Source: Gammaproteobacteria bacterium
GTDB taxonomy: Bacteria; Pseudomonadota; Gammaproteobacteria; JAADGQ01
Assembly (NCBI GenBank): GCA_015490755.1
Contig: WFXF01000041.1
Span: 64,002 to 128,001, forward strand
Reading direction: 5' to 3'
Length of the DNA: 64,000 nt
Under the pieces are notes generated by a model. The model ran no database searches. It had not been told where the DNA came from and was given only the letters and a program-made list of their open reading frames with translations. Position 1 is the stretch's first letter, and every line of letters starts with the position of its first letter. Shown piece after piece: positions 22,578 to 31,945 of this stretch. Both the position numbers and the translations under genes were made by a program.

Positions 22578-23063
22578 TTATTTTTTATCCATGACTAGAA
22601 AGCTATAGTCATACGCATTTTGTTCATCTGCCTTATGATCTGTGCGCTCTATCGTAGTCCATTCCTGCAGGTCAAACTCGGGAAAGTAAGAGTCCCCTTT
22701 AAAGTCAGCATGCACTCTTGTTAAATAAAAGCGCTGCGCGAGTGGTAGTACTTGTTTGTAGAGTGATGCCCCGCCGATAATCATCGCTTCTTCTTTAGTG
22801 TCTGCCTTTTGTAAGGCTTCTTCAATAGAGTGCGTAACAATACACCCTTCAGCATGAAAACCTGAATCTCGGGTGATAATAATGTTGGTTCGACCCGGTA
22901 GCGGTTTACCGATCGATTCATAGGTTTTACGCCCCATGAGAACGGGTTTTCCCATCGTTTTACTTCGGAAAAACTTCATGTCAGCAGGAAGTTTCCAAGG
23001 CAGTTGGTTGTTGATACCGATGACTTGGTCATTTCCCATGGCGGCGATAATTGAGATGGTCAT
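22578..23063 (-). CDS. folA: Dihydrofolate reductase
   Basis: 161 aa. ISIIAAMGNDQVIG and LPW motifs, DHFR fold. Confidence 0.9.
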   Translation of the reverse strand: MTISIIAAMGNDQVIGINNQLPWKLPADMKFFRSKTMGKPVLMGRKTYESIGKPLPGRTNIIITRDSGFHAEGCIVTHSIEEALQKADTKEEAMIIGGASLYKQVLPLAQRFYLTRVHADFKGDSYFPEFDLQEWTTIERTDHKADEQNAYDYSFLVMDKK

Positions 23064-23068
23064 ATATG

Positions 23069-23863
23069 TTAAATGGCAATAGGTGCTTTGATACTTGGGT
23101 GGCTTTGATAATTTGTCAGTGTAAAGTCATCATAACAAAAATCAAACAGTGATTTGACCTCTGGGTTAATTTCCATACTTGGTAATGGATAAGGTGTGCG
23201 TGCCAGTTGAGTATCTACCTGTTCAAGATGGTTGGAATATAAGTGGGCATCCCCCAGTGTATGAATAAATTCTCCCGCTTTTAGATCGGTGACTTGTGCA
23301 ATCATCATGGTGAGCAAGGCATACGATGCAATATTGAAAGGTACGCCGAGAAAAATGTCGGCACTTCGCTGATAGAGCTGGCAGGACAATTTTCCATCTG
23401 CTACATAAAACTGGAATAGAGCATGACATGGAGGCAGCGCCATCTTGTCAACTAAGGCAGGATTCCAGGCAGTTACGATCATACGCCGTGAATCAGGGTT
23501 GCTGCGGATCTGTTTGATTACGTCACTTATTTGATCAATGGCTTTGCCTTCAGGGGTTGGCCATGAGCGCCACTGAGAACCATATACAGGACCCAGGTCA
23601 CCATTTTCGTCCGCCCATTCGTCCCAGATTGAAACGCCGTTCTCTTTAAGGTAACGAATATTGGTATCACCTTTAAGAAACCACAATAGCTCGTGAATAA
23701 TAGATTTAAAATGAAGCTTTTTGGTGGTTACCGCCGGGAAACCTTCCTGCAAATCAAAGCGCATTTGATAGCCAAATGTACTGAGTGTGCCTGTCCCTGT
23801 TCGATCCTCTTTTTTTATGCCGTTATTTTTTACATGACGCATCAAATCGAGATATTGCTGCAT
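23069..23863 (-). CDS. thyA: Thymidylate synthase
   Basis: 264 aa. Conserved ThyA active-site region (PCH..FQFYV) and the C-terminal AI(A/V)I-type tail. Confidence 0.92.
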   Translation of the reverse strand: MQQYLDLMRHVKNNGIKKEDRTGTGTLSTFGYQMRFDLQEGFPAVTTKKLHFKSIIHELLWFLKGDTNIRYLKENGVSIWDEWADENGDLGPVYGSQWRSWPTPEGKAIDQISDVIKQIRSNPDSRRMIVTAWNPALVDKMALPPCHALFQFYVADGKLSCQLYQRSADIFLGVPFNIASYALLTMMIAQVTDLKAGEFIHTLGDAHLYSNHLEQVDTQLARTPYPLPSMEINPEVKSLFDFCYDDFTLTNYQSHPSIKAPIAI

Positions 23864-23981
23864 AAATTTTTAAGCCCTGTTTATGTTTTTTATATTAAAT
23901 ACGCAAGATTATAGCAGTTAAAAAAGGTATCATGTGTGGAGTTGTAAATAACAAATATGATTGATATAAATCAAGCGCAGT

Positions 23982-26900
23982 ATGAAAAAACTAAAACGTA
24001 ACGATATAAGAGAAGAGTGTGGTAATCGTCACTATCAACGTGGTTTAGACTATTTTAATGCCGGTTTGGTCTCCAGCTTAGAGTATGAAGAAGTTGCCAG
24101 TGGGTTTGTTGTGCACTCAATGGTTAAAGGCAGTGCGCGAAAAAGTTATAAGCAAAGAATCGAAATTAATCTATCTGATCTGTTCGATGTCAGCATTGAT
24201 GGTGACTGTAGCTGCCCAGTGGGTTTTAACTGCAAACACGTTGTTGCGGCCTGTTTGCAGTTTCAAAAGGCACTGGAGTCGGGTGTGAAAACAGAAAGAA
24301 AGCCCGACCTGCGTGCGGCACTGGGTTGGTTAGATAATATGGCCGTCAGCTGTAAAGAGAAGCAGCCTCAAGATCCAGAGAGTGGTTTTATTGCTTATAT
24401 ACTCGATTCCAGTAACAAGAAGGGAGTATTAGAGATTAAGTTGCTTGCCACCAAACCACTGAAAAAAGGTGGTTTGAGCAAGGGACGCGCTATCCAGCTT
24501 TATGCAATTAATTACAGTTATTATAGCAGTGGTTATGTTCTACAGGATATTGATAAAGAAATTTCCAAACTACTGGATGCCATACAAAGTGCATCAATGT
24601 ATGGCAATATTGAAATCTATGGCGAGCTCGGTTTTGTTGCGCTGAGTAAAATATTGCAGACAGGTCGCTGCTTTTGGCGCTCAACCCAAGGCACACCTTT
24701 ACAATTGAGTGATGCGCGCTCACTTAAGTTGCAATGGCAGAAGAAAGATAACAACGCTATTTTACAAACACTGGTTGAACCGGCAGGGCAGTTGTTATTG
24801 ACAGAACCCCCACTCTATCTTGATGCAGATGATGGTGTGATCGGCGCTTTGCTGGATGTACCCTATTCACTGGATCAGCTGGAAAAACTGCAGCAAGTGC
24901 CCGCAGTGCCGCTTGAATTGGCCGATGAATTTAGCCGCAAGTTGATTACTGCTCTGCCAGGTCTACCGCTGCCGCCACCGGGGAAGGTGGAGCTCCTTAC
25001 GATCGAAAACGAACCGCCACAACCTGTATTGATGTTAATGGGGGAATCCGCGCCATCGGGTCATCATGTTCATATGATGCGGTTGCGTTTTGCCTACAGT
25101 GGTTATGAGCTGTCACTGTATCCACAAACTGAATGGCGCAATCTGGAAATTGATAATAAACTTCTGCGGGTGCATCGTGACCTTTCGGTTGAAGAGGAGG
25201 CGATCGGTTTATTGCTATCATTGGGTTTTGATCCGATGAATAATGGTGAAGGTGATGTCGCTTTTGCCAGTTTCAGTAAAAATATATCAGAATCAGCCGG
25301 GCGTTGGCAGCAATTCATTGAGGAGGTTGTGCCAGAGCTTGAACAGCAAGGTTGGCAAATAAAGAGCAGTGAGAGCTTTCATCTCAAGTTTCACCAGTCA
25401 CAAGATTGGGATGTAGAAATTGAGGGTGAAAATGACTGGTTTGATCTGCGTTTTGATATCGAAGTCAATGGTAAAAAAGTACCGCTGTTGCCTCTGGTGG
25501 TTCAACTGTTATCCGAGTACGACCAGGAGGAGTTGCCTGAAGTTCTGACTTTGCCGTTAGGGGAGCATGAATATCTGACACTGCCCAGCGAGCAGATAAA
25601 GCCGGTGATTGATACACTTTATGAGCTTTATAACGGCGATAGTTTAAGTGATGACGGCTCTCTGAAGATGTCTCGATTCGATGCCGCCCGTTTAGCAGAG
25701 CTGGACGAAAACAGTGAAGCACTGTTGCGATGGCAAGGTGGTGAAGCGCTGCGTGAATTGGGTCGCAAACTCAAAGACTTCCAGGGAATTGCAACAGCCA
25801 GAGTTCCAACTGGACTGAAAGCAACCCTTCGTGACTATCAGCAAAACGGATTGAATTGGCTACAGTTTTTACGTGAATACCGCTTTGGTGGCGTACTTGC
25901 GGATGACATGGGATTAGGGAAAACCGTACAAACACTGACGCATCTGCTGCTTGAAAAGAGTGAAGGGCGTATGGATAAACCCTGTCTGATTATCGCCCCC
26001 ACCAGTCTGATGAGTAACTGGCGGCGTGAGGCTGAGCAGTTTACCCCTGATTTAAAAGTGTTGGTATTACAAGGGCCAGAGCGCCGCAACTACTTTGATC
26101 AGATTGAAAATTATGACTTGGTACTCAGCACCTATCCGCTGTTGGTGCGTGATGAGTCACACCTGCTGGCTCACGAGTACTATTACGTAGTACTGGATGA
26201 GGCGCAGATTATTAAAAATCCCCGCGCCAAAGCAGCAAGAATTATACGCCAGTTCAAGACGGAAAACCGTCTCTGCCTCACGGGCACACCGATGGAAAAT
26301 CATCTTGGTGAACTGTGGGCGCTATTTGATTTTGCCATGCCCGGTTTGCTTGGTAGTGATAAACAGTTCAAGCAGCTGTTTCGTACACCCATTGAAAAAC
26401 ATGGAAATGACGAACAACAACTGCGCCTGACAAAACGTATCGCACCCTTTATGTTGCGTCGCACCAAGGCTGAAGTTGTCACAGAGTTGCCAGAAAAAAC
26501 TGAAATTATTCGTACAGTGAGCTTAGGTAAAAAGCAGGCAACGCTTTACGAAAGTATTCGATTGACTATGGAGAAAAAGGTACGTGACAGTATCGCCAGT
26601 AAAGGTCTGGCTCGTAGTCATATTATGATTCTCGATGCACTACTTAAACTACGCCAAACCTGCTGTGATCCCGCGATACTGTCACTCAAGCAGGCGCAAG
26701 CAGTGAAAGAGTCGGCTAAAATGGAGTTGTTGATGGATATGGTGCCTGAAATGCTCGAAGAAGGAAGGCGTATTTTGCTGTTTTCACAATTCACTAAAAT
26801 GCTGGCCATTATTGAAGATGCTCTGAAAGAGCGTGGTATTGCTTACAGCAAACTCACGGGCCAGACCCGCAAGCGAGATGAAGCGATTGAGAAATTCAAA

Positions 26901-27224
26901 AGTGGCCAAGCCAATATTTTTCTTATTAGTCTGAAAGCGGGGGGGGTTGGTCTGAATCTTGCCGAAGCGGATACTGTGATTCACTACGACCCGTGGTGGA
27001 ATCCTGCCGCAGAAAATCAGGCCACCGACCGTGCGCATCGTATCGGCCAAAAGAGAGCCGTTTTTGTTTACAAACTGATTACAGAAAATACTTTGGAAGA
27101 GAAAATAGTTGCGATGCAAGCAAAAAAACAAACCTTGGCGCAAGGTGTGTATGGTAGTGGTAAAAAAGAAGAAGATGCAAAATTTTCAGCCGATGATCTT
27201 AAAGCTCTATTTGAACCGTTATAG
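23982..27224 (+). CDS. SNF2-family DNA-dependent ATPase/helicase with N-terminal SWIM zinc finger
   Basis: 1080 aa. SWIM CxCxnCxH motif (GDCSCPVGFNCKHVVAACL). SNF2 N-domain with DEAQIIKN (DExx box). Helicase C-domain with QATDRAHRIGQ. Confidence 0.85.
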   Translation: MKKLKRNDIREECGNRHYQRGLDYFNAGLVSSLEYEEVASGFVVHSMVKGSARKSYKQRIEINLSDLFDVSIDGDCSCPVGFNCKHVVAACLQFQKALESGVKTERKPDLRAALGWLDNMAVSCKEKQPQDPESGFIAYILDSSNKKGVLEIKLLATKPLKKGGLSKGRAIQLYAINYSYYSSGYVLQDIDKEISKLLDAIQSASMYGNIEIYGELGFVALSKILQTGRCFWRSTQGTPLQLSDARSLKLQWQKKDNNAILQTLVEPAGQLLLTEPPLYLDADDGVIGALLDVPYSLDQLEKLQQVPAVPLELADEFSRKLITALPGLPLPPPGKVELLTIENEPPQPVLMLMGESAPSGHHVHMMRLRFAYSGYELSLYPQTEWRNLEIDNKLLRVHRDLSVEEEAIGLLLSLGFDPMNNGEGDVAFASFSKNISESAGRWQQFIEEVVPELEQQGWQIKSSESFHLKFHQSQDWDVEIEGENDWFDLRFDIEVNGKKVPLLPLVVQLLSEYDQEELPEVLTLPLGEHEYLTLPSEQIKPVIDTLYELYNGDSLSDDGSLKMSRFDAARLAELDENSEALLRWQGGEALRELGRKLKDFQGIATARVPTGLKATLRDYQQNGLNWLQFLREYRFGGVLADDMGLGKTVQTLTHLLLEKSEGRMDKPCLIIAPTSLMSNWRREAEQFTPDLKVLVLQGPERRNYFDQIENYDLVLSTYPLLVRDESHLLAHEYYYVVLDEAQIIKNPRAKAARIIRQFKTENRLCLTGTPMENHLGELWALFDFAMPGLLGSDKQFKQLFRTPIEKHGNDEQQLRLTKRIAPFMLRRTKAEVVTELPEKTEIIRTVSLGKKQATLYESIRLTMEKKVRDSIASKGLARSHIMILDALLKLRQTCCDPAILSLKQAQAVKESAKMELLMDMVPEMLEEGRRILLFSQFTKMLAIIEDALKERGIAYSKLTGQTRKRDEAIEKFKSGQANIFLISLKAGGVGLNLAEADTVIHYDPWWNPAAENQATDRAHRIGQKRAVFVYKLITENTLEEKIVAMQAKKQTLAQGVYGSGKKEEDAKFSADDLKALFEPL

Positions 27225-27226
27225 CG

Positions 27227-28045
27227 ATGGCCAGGGTTATACTGTTTTTTTGTTTGTTACTTTTTTCATCCAGTATAATGGCAGGCAGTCTGGATGATTT
27301 TGAAGAAAATGTAATCACCAAGCCTAAAGCCAAAAGTGAAGTGGAACCCAAAAAAGATAGTAATAAAAAAGGTAACAATAATAGATCCATCTATTTTGGT
27401 TCTTCCAATGATTGTGATGTTCTCCTGGGTTGCTTTATGGATGAGTTTTTCTGGAGAATGATGGAGGTTACAGTTTTAGTGGCTATCGAAGGCGGAAAAA
27501 TGAGTGTTGAGCGTACCCAGGGTGCTGATGCTCTTTCCAGTATGGTTCCGCGCACGATAGGTGAGCCACTGCTTCCCTTTGTTCGTTTTGATACTCACTA
27601 CCAAAATGCCAATGGTGATATCAGTGGTATTGATCTAAAAATGGAGCTTGGATATAGCTTGCTGGGTATTCATCTTCGCCATACAAAATTTCGGGAACCA
27701 TCACCTTCGGATGAGCTTGATTTAAGCTACTTTCATGCTCTTTACAGAATGTCATTGGGCAATCATGTGGGTTTTAATGTGGGTTATGGTAGAGCGATAC
27801 TGAAAGGTAATTATAAAACGAGCGGTAGCTCTATTACTTTTCCGCTGTTATTTCATTGGTCGAAAAGATTGGGGATTGAAGGTAGCTATACAGCCAGTAA
27901 CATTAATGATAATTGGTTAACAGATACAGAAATTTCTCTGCTCGTGACGGAAACATTTGGCTCATTATCACTGGGTTATCGCTCGATCCGTGGTTCGTCG
28001 AATAAAATTCAGGGGCCTTTTATAGGAGGGGCTGTGCATTGGTAA
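27227..28045 (+). CDS. Hypothetical exported protein, possible outer-membrane beta-barrel
   Basis: 272 aa. Signal peptide MARVILFFCLLLFSSSIMA. Alternating hydrophobic pattern toward a C-terminal aromatic residue (..GGAVHW). The start codon lies 2 nt after the SNF2 stop. Confidence 0.45.
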   Translation: MARVILFFCLLLFSSSIMAGSLDDFEENVITKPKAKSEVEPKKDSNKKGNNNRSIYFGSSNDCDVLLGCFMDEFFWRMMEVTVLVAIEGGKMSVERTQGADALSSMVPRTIGEPLLPFVRFDTHYQNANGDISGIDLKMELGYSLLGIHLRHTKFREPSPSDELDLSYFHALYRMSLGNHVGFNVGYGRAILKGNYKTSGSSITFPLLFHWSKRLGIEGSYTASNINDNWLTDTEISLLVTETFGSLSLGYRSIRGSSNKIQGPFIGGAVHW

Positions 28046-28084
28046 TATAAAGTGGTTGATGTACTAGGCCAACAACTCAGTAGT

Positions 28085-28233
28085 GTAGGTCGGGTTAGCG
28101 CAGCGTAACCCGACAAAGTAATTGATGAGAAACATGACACCAATCCAGTAAGCCATAACTCATTCACTGCCCGCATCCGCCGCTAACACTTTCTTTCCAT
28201 CATGTCGGGTTACGCTGCGCTAACCCGACCTAC
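28085..28233. repeat. MITE-like element copy 1 (~149 bp), perfect 30-bp terminal inverted repeats GTAGGTCGGGTTAGCGCAGCGTAACCCGAC
   Basis: The left 30 bp is the exact reverse complement of the right 30 bp. Each TIR contains its own 7-bp stem (CGGGTTA..TAACCCG). The same element recurs at 50058 and 51190. Confidence 0.8.
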
Positions 28234-28359
28234 GTTACTTATGCTTATTTAAAACGGCTCTTTACATTATTACCTCAAGCCACAAACCTTGAGGACGTTG
28301 ACCTGCTGCTTCCATGGTACGTCAAGGGTGGGGTTGGTTAGACGCTTACTTTTCAGGAG

Positions 28360-28818
28360 TTACTGAATCACTAAATCTGTAAAGTATAGTTCTTGAATTC
28401 CGGCTGGATGGCTTTTCTCTTCCAGGTCTTTAACGGTATCATCCGGGCTGATATGGGCATACTTTTCCAGGTTTTTTTGAACAATTTCCAAGGCTTCATG
28501 GCGAATACGTTCACGTTCTTTAGCATTTTGCATGGTCTCTATTTTTTGATCTGAGAGGAGCATAAGTAAATCGTGGCGTATTGGTGCAGAGTGGGTTTGC
28601 AGGGCTGTGATTGCTGCTGCATCGTAACTCATGACTTGAATGGCCGTTTGCATATAACGTAAGCCACGTTTGCCATGAATGTTGACCACAAAGTTGGGTT
28701 CAAGCAAGAAATAATTTATTTTTCCAGTAGTTATGGCGTTCTCTTTGCCTCCTCCGCCCGGGGCTGAAAAAACAGGTGAAATTATCATAGTTAATATAAG
28801 TGCTAAAACCTTTTTCAT
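28360..28818 (-). CDS. FliL-family protein (orphan)
   Basis: 152 aa. N-terminal anchor, then NYFLLEPNFVVNI and a C-terminal ELYFTDLVIQ that matches the FliL signature (..YFTDFVIQ). No flagellar or stator genes nearby. Confidence 0.6.
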   Translation of the reverse strand: MKKVLALILTMIISPVFSAPGGGGKENAITTGKINYFLLEPNFVVNIHGKRGLRYMQTAIQVMSYDAAAITALQTHSAPIRHDLLMLLSDQKIETMQNAKERERIRHEALEIVQKNLEKYAHISPDDTVKDLEEKSHPAGIQELYFTDLVIQ

Positions 28819-28903
28819 AACCTTCCCTGATGTAAATTATCTGTATCATGAATAATCCCAATATTCATCGGCAGGAGAGAGCCAGAAGTTAGAAATATCG
28901 ATA

Positions 28904-29926
28904 TTAATTCCATATCAGGGGAGGCTCATTCATGAGTGCAGCTTGTTCACGCAGTGATTGAATATGTTCTTCCCAATAGTTGAGGGTATTAAACCAGGGA
29001 AAGGCAAGGGGGAATGCTGGGTCACTCCAGCGAGTGGCTAACCAAGCGGCATAATGAATCATACGTAAGGTGCGTAGCGCTTCAATCAAGTGTAGTTCTA
29101 AGGGGTTGAAATCATAAAACTGTGTATAACCCTCCAGTACATCGGCAAGCCTTGCAGTCATGTAGTTTCTATCTCCTGACAGGAACATCCATAAGTCCTG
29201 AATAGCGGGGCCCATGCGAGCGTCATCAAAATCAACAACATGCGGCCCGGCATCTGTCCAGAGAATATTTCCGGGGTGGCAATCACCGTGTAGACGCAAG
29301 TGCTGGACATTACCGGCACGTTCAAAGCACTGCTCTATCTGAGTAATTAGGTCTGTGGTCAGCGACTGATAAGCTTTCAGAAGATGACCGGGTATAAAAT
29401 CATGGTCAAGTAAGAAGCGGCGGGGTTGTATGGCAAAGCTTTCAATATCAAGTGTCGGCCGGTGTTCGAAAGGCTGCGTTCTGCCCATAGCATGAATGCG
29501 ACCTATAAAACGCCCCATTTGTTCAAGATGGTCTGGATTATCGAGTTCAGGAGCGCGTCCGCCCCGGCGGGGGTAGAGTGCAAATCGGTAGAACCTATAT
29601 TGGTGCAGGGTGTTTCCATTAGAATCAACAATCGGTGGGATGACAGGAATTTCCTGCTCGGCCAGTGCCAGTGTGAACCGATGTTCTTCGAGAATTGATT
29701 CTTCACTCCAGCGGTTAGGGCGATAGAATTTTGCGACTAAAGGTGTGCCTTGATCAAGACCCACTTGATAAACTCGGTTTTCATAGCTGTTTAAAGCTAA
29801 AAATCGACCGTCACAACGCAAACCAGTGGATTCAATGGCATCTAACATGGTGTCAGGAGTAAGGTTCGAAAAAGCTTGTAATGCTGATGATGTATCTGTT
29901 TTTTTCATTGAGAAGGTCGTTGCCAT
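28904..29926 (-). CDS. srkA: Stress-response Ser/Thr kinase SrkA (YihE/RdoA family)
   Basis: 340 aa. LHGDCHPGNILW and VDFDDARMGPAIQDLWM align with E. coli YihE. Located next to phoR. Confidence 0.85.
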   Translation of the reverse strand: MATTFSMKKTDTSSALQAFSNLTPDTMLDAIESTGLRCDGRFLALNSYENRVYQVGLDQGTPLVAKFYRPNRWSEESILEEHRFTLALAEQEIPVIPPIVDSNGNTLHQYRFYRFALYPRRGGRAPELDNPDHLEQMGRFIGRIHAMGRTQPFEHRPTLDIESFAIQPRRFLLDHDFIPGHLLKAYQSLTTDLITQIEQCFERAGNVQHLRLHGDCHPGNILWTDAGPHVVDFDDARMGPAIQDLWMFLSGDRNYMTARLADVLEGYTQFYDFNPLELHLIEALRTLRMIHYAAWLATRWSDPAFPLAFPWFNTLNYWEEHIQSLREQAALMNEPPLIWN

Positions 29927-31206
29927 CCTGGTTGGAAAATGCAGGTAAAAGTGCTGCCTCGACCGGGGGTGCTATCAATATGCAGATCAGCTCCGTGGCG
30001 GCGTAAAATTTGCTCTACTATAGAAAGCCCAAGCCCTGTTCCGCCGGTTGCTTTGGATCGACCTGGATCAACGCGATAGAAGCGTTCAGTCAAACGGTGA
30101 AGATGACCCCACGCAATTCCAATACCGTGATCTTTTACTTCAAAGCAGGCGGTGTTGTTATCCTTGTTTAGATACCACCGGATACATATTTTTTTCCCTT
30201 CAGGTGTGTAGCGTATTGCATTATTGGCCAGATTAATGAAAGCGCTGTACAGTTCATCTTTTATACCGAAGAGGTGTGTATCTGTTTCAATATGACAGTG
30301 GATCACATGCTTGCCATTGCTGATATTTTGAGCTTCATCTGTCACCTGTTGAACAAGATCGGGAATGTTAACGATAGTGTTTTTTTCTTCATTTGAAGTG
30401 GTGTCCAGCCGGGATAGCATCAAGAGGTCATCCACCAGGGTCTGTATGCGTGTGGTGGGCGATTGCAGTTTAGTAATTTGTTCACGTAATTTTTGTGGGT
30501 CAGTATCGGCTGGGGCGTTTAACAGCATTTCAAGATAGCCGAGGATGATCGTTAATGGCGTACGTAATTCATGTGATATGTTTGCAATAAGGTCGTGACG
30601 CATGGTCATCAGACGATGAATATGTGTGATATCTCTAACAACTAATAGTCGTTGATTCTCTCCGTAGGGACGAATGCGCACATCCAGTGATACGTTTTCA
30701 TCCAGGGGTGAGTTGATCTCCAGGTGCTTGCTGTAATCACCCTGGCTAAGAAAATTATGAAAGGCAGGGTTTCGTAGCAGGTTGTTGATATTTTGGCCAA
30801 TATCAGACTTTGTGACCCCAAGAGTTCGTGTTGCGGCATTGTTGATCCATTCAATCTCTTCATTTGAGGTGAGCACAACGGCAGCATCCGGTAGTGCTTG
30901 AGTCGATTTTTGAAAGCGACGAATGACTTCAGACATGCGTTTTCTGCGCTTTCTACTGCGTTGACGATTATGATAAATACGGTAAGCGAGGTCGTGCCAT
31001 ATTCCTTCCAGTTCGTATGGAGGAGGGACGATATCATTATTTAGCCAGCGTTCCAGGTGGCGCACTTGCAAGGCTTGCCATATGAGGTAAAAGAAAAGTC
31101 CAATAGCGAGAGACCATGCGATGGAGTCCAGCACCAGGCCAAAAAGAAAACAGATAAAAATAACGCCTAGAAGTCGCCATAGTTCGGTTTTCCAAAGTTG
31201 CGACAT
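29905..31206 (-). CDS. phoR: Phosphate regulon sensor histidine kinase PhoR
   Basis: 433 aa. N-terminal membrane anchor, PAS, H-box NISHELRTPLT, and ATPase G-boxes. Extensive alignment to E. coli PhoR. Paired with phoB. Confidence 0.9.
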   Translation of the reverse strand: MSQLWKTELWRLLGVIFICFLFGLVLDSIAWSLAIGLFFYLIWQALQVRHLERWLNNDIVPPPYELEGIWHDLAYRIYHNRQRSRKRRKRMSEVIRRFQKSTQALPDAAVVLTSNEEIEWINNAATRTLGVTKSDIGQNINNLLRNPAFHNFLSQGDYSKHLEINSPLDENVSLDVRIRPYGENQRLLVVRDITHIHRLMTMRHDLIANISHELRTPLTIILGYLEMLLNAPADTDPQKLREQITKLQSPTTRIQTLVDDLLMLSRLDTTSNEEKNTIVNIPDLVQQVTDEAQNISNGKHVIHCHIETDTHLFGIKDELYSAFINLANNAIRYTPEGKKICIRWYLNKDNNTACFEVKDHGIGIAWGHLHRLTERFYRVDPGRSKATGGTGLGLSIVEQILRRHGADLHIDSTPGRGSTFTCIFQPGWQRPSQ

Positions 31207-31212
31207 ACCGGT

Positions 31213-31902
31213 CTAAAAGTCCCTGGAAAGCCGATAGCCGGCACTGCGAACGGTTTGAACCATTTTTTCCAGCCCGTAAGGAGTTAGCAGTTTGCGCAGG
31301 CGCAGTATGTGTACATCCACCGTTCGTTCCTCAACGTAAATACCTCGTCCCCATACTCGGTCGAGTAGTTGTTCCCGACTATAAACTTTTTCCGGGTGAT
31401 TGAGAAGAAACTCGAGCAAACGATATTCAGTTGGGCCAATTTTGATCTCTTTTTCATCAATGAGTAGACGGTGTGAAGATGTATCCAGGCAGAGTTTTCC
31501 TACTTGTATTCGTGTGTTAAGGCCTTTTCCACTGCGGCGTAGCAGAGCATTAATACGGGCGATGAGTTCGCGAGGAGAAAATGGTTTTGTTATGTAGTCA
31601 TCCACTCCTGCATCAAGGCCACGAACGATATCGTCCTCTTCACCACGAGCAGTCAATAGAATGAGTGGGGTCTCTTGTGTGGCCTCTTCTTTGCGCAGAC
31701 GTTTGGCCAACTCTACTCCACTGATTCCAGGAAGCATCCAGTCGATTATGAAAACATCAGGCAGTTGCAACTCAACTCTTTTTAACCCTTTTTCAGCAGA
31801 TGAAACCGCAGTAACGGTGAATTTAGCTTGCTTCAAAGCTTCGGTAATCATTTCACGAATGTCATCATCATCTTCAATAAGTAATAGTGTCGGATTGCTC
31901 AT
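31213..31902 (-). CDS. phoB: Phosphate regulon response regulator PhoB
   Basis: 229 aa OmpR-family regulator. LTARGEEDDIVRGLDAGVDDYITKPFSPRELIARI and the C-terminus YVEERTVDVHILRLRK..MVQTVR..GYR align with E. coli PhoB. Confidence 0.9.
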   Translation of the reverse strand: MSNPTLLLIEDDDDIREMITEALKQAKFTVTAVSSAEKGLKRVELQLPDVFIIDWMLPGISGVELAKRLRKEEATQETPLILLTARGEEDDIVRGLDAGVDDYITKPFSPRELIARINALLRRSGKGLNTRIQVGKLCLDTSSHRLLIDEKEIKIGPTEYRLLEFLLNHPEKVYSREQLLDRVWGRGIYVEERTVDVHILRLRKLLTPYGLEKMVQTVRSAGYRLSRDF

Positions 31903-31945
31903 AAGTCAGTGTTCTCGATAAAAAATCGTTTATTACAGTCGTTTT

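Noticed and set aside
23982-27224. Assigning the SWIM-SNF2 helicase to a named defence system (DISARM DrmD, Zorya ZorD, BREX)
   Set aside because: None of the obligatory partner genes (DUF1998/PLD/methylase, MotAB-like ZorAB, PglX/PglZ) is present in the neighbourhood. It is kept as an open hypothesis only.
28273-28294. Hairpin CCTCAAGCCACAAACCTTGAGG between MITE copy 1 and the fliL-like 3' end
   Set aside because: Short 7-bp stem with an 8-nt loop and no adjacent U-run. The MITE's own 30-bp TIR stem is the more plausible termination structure for both convergent genes.
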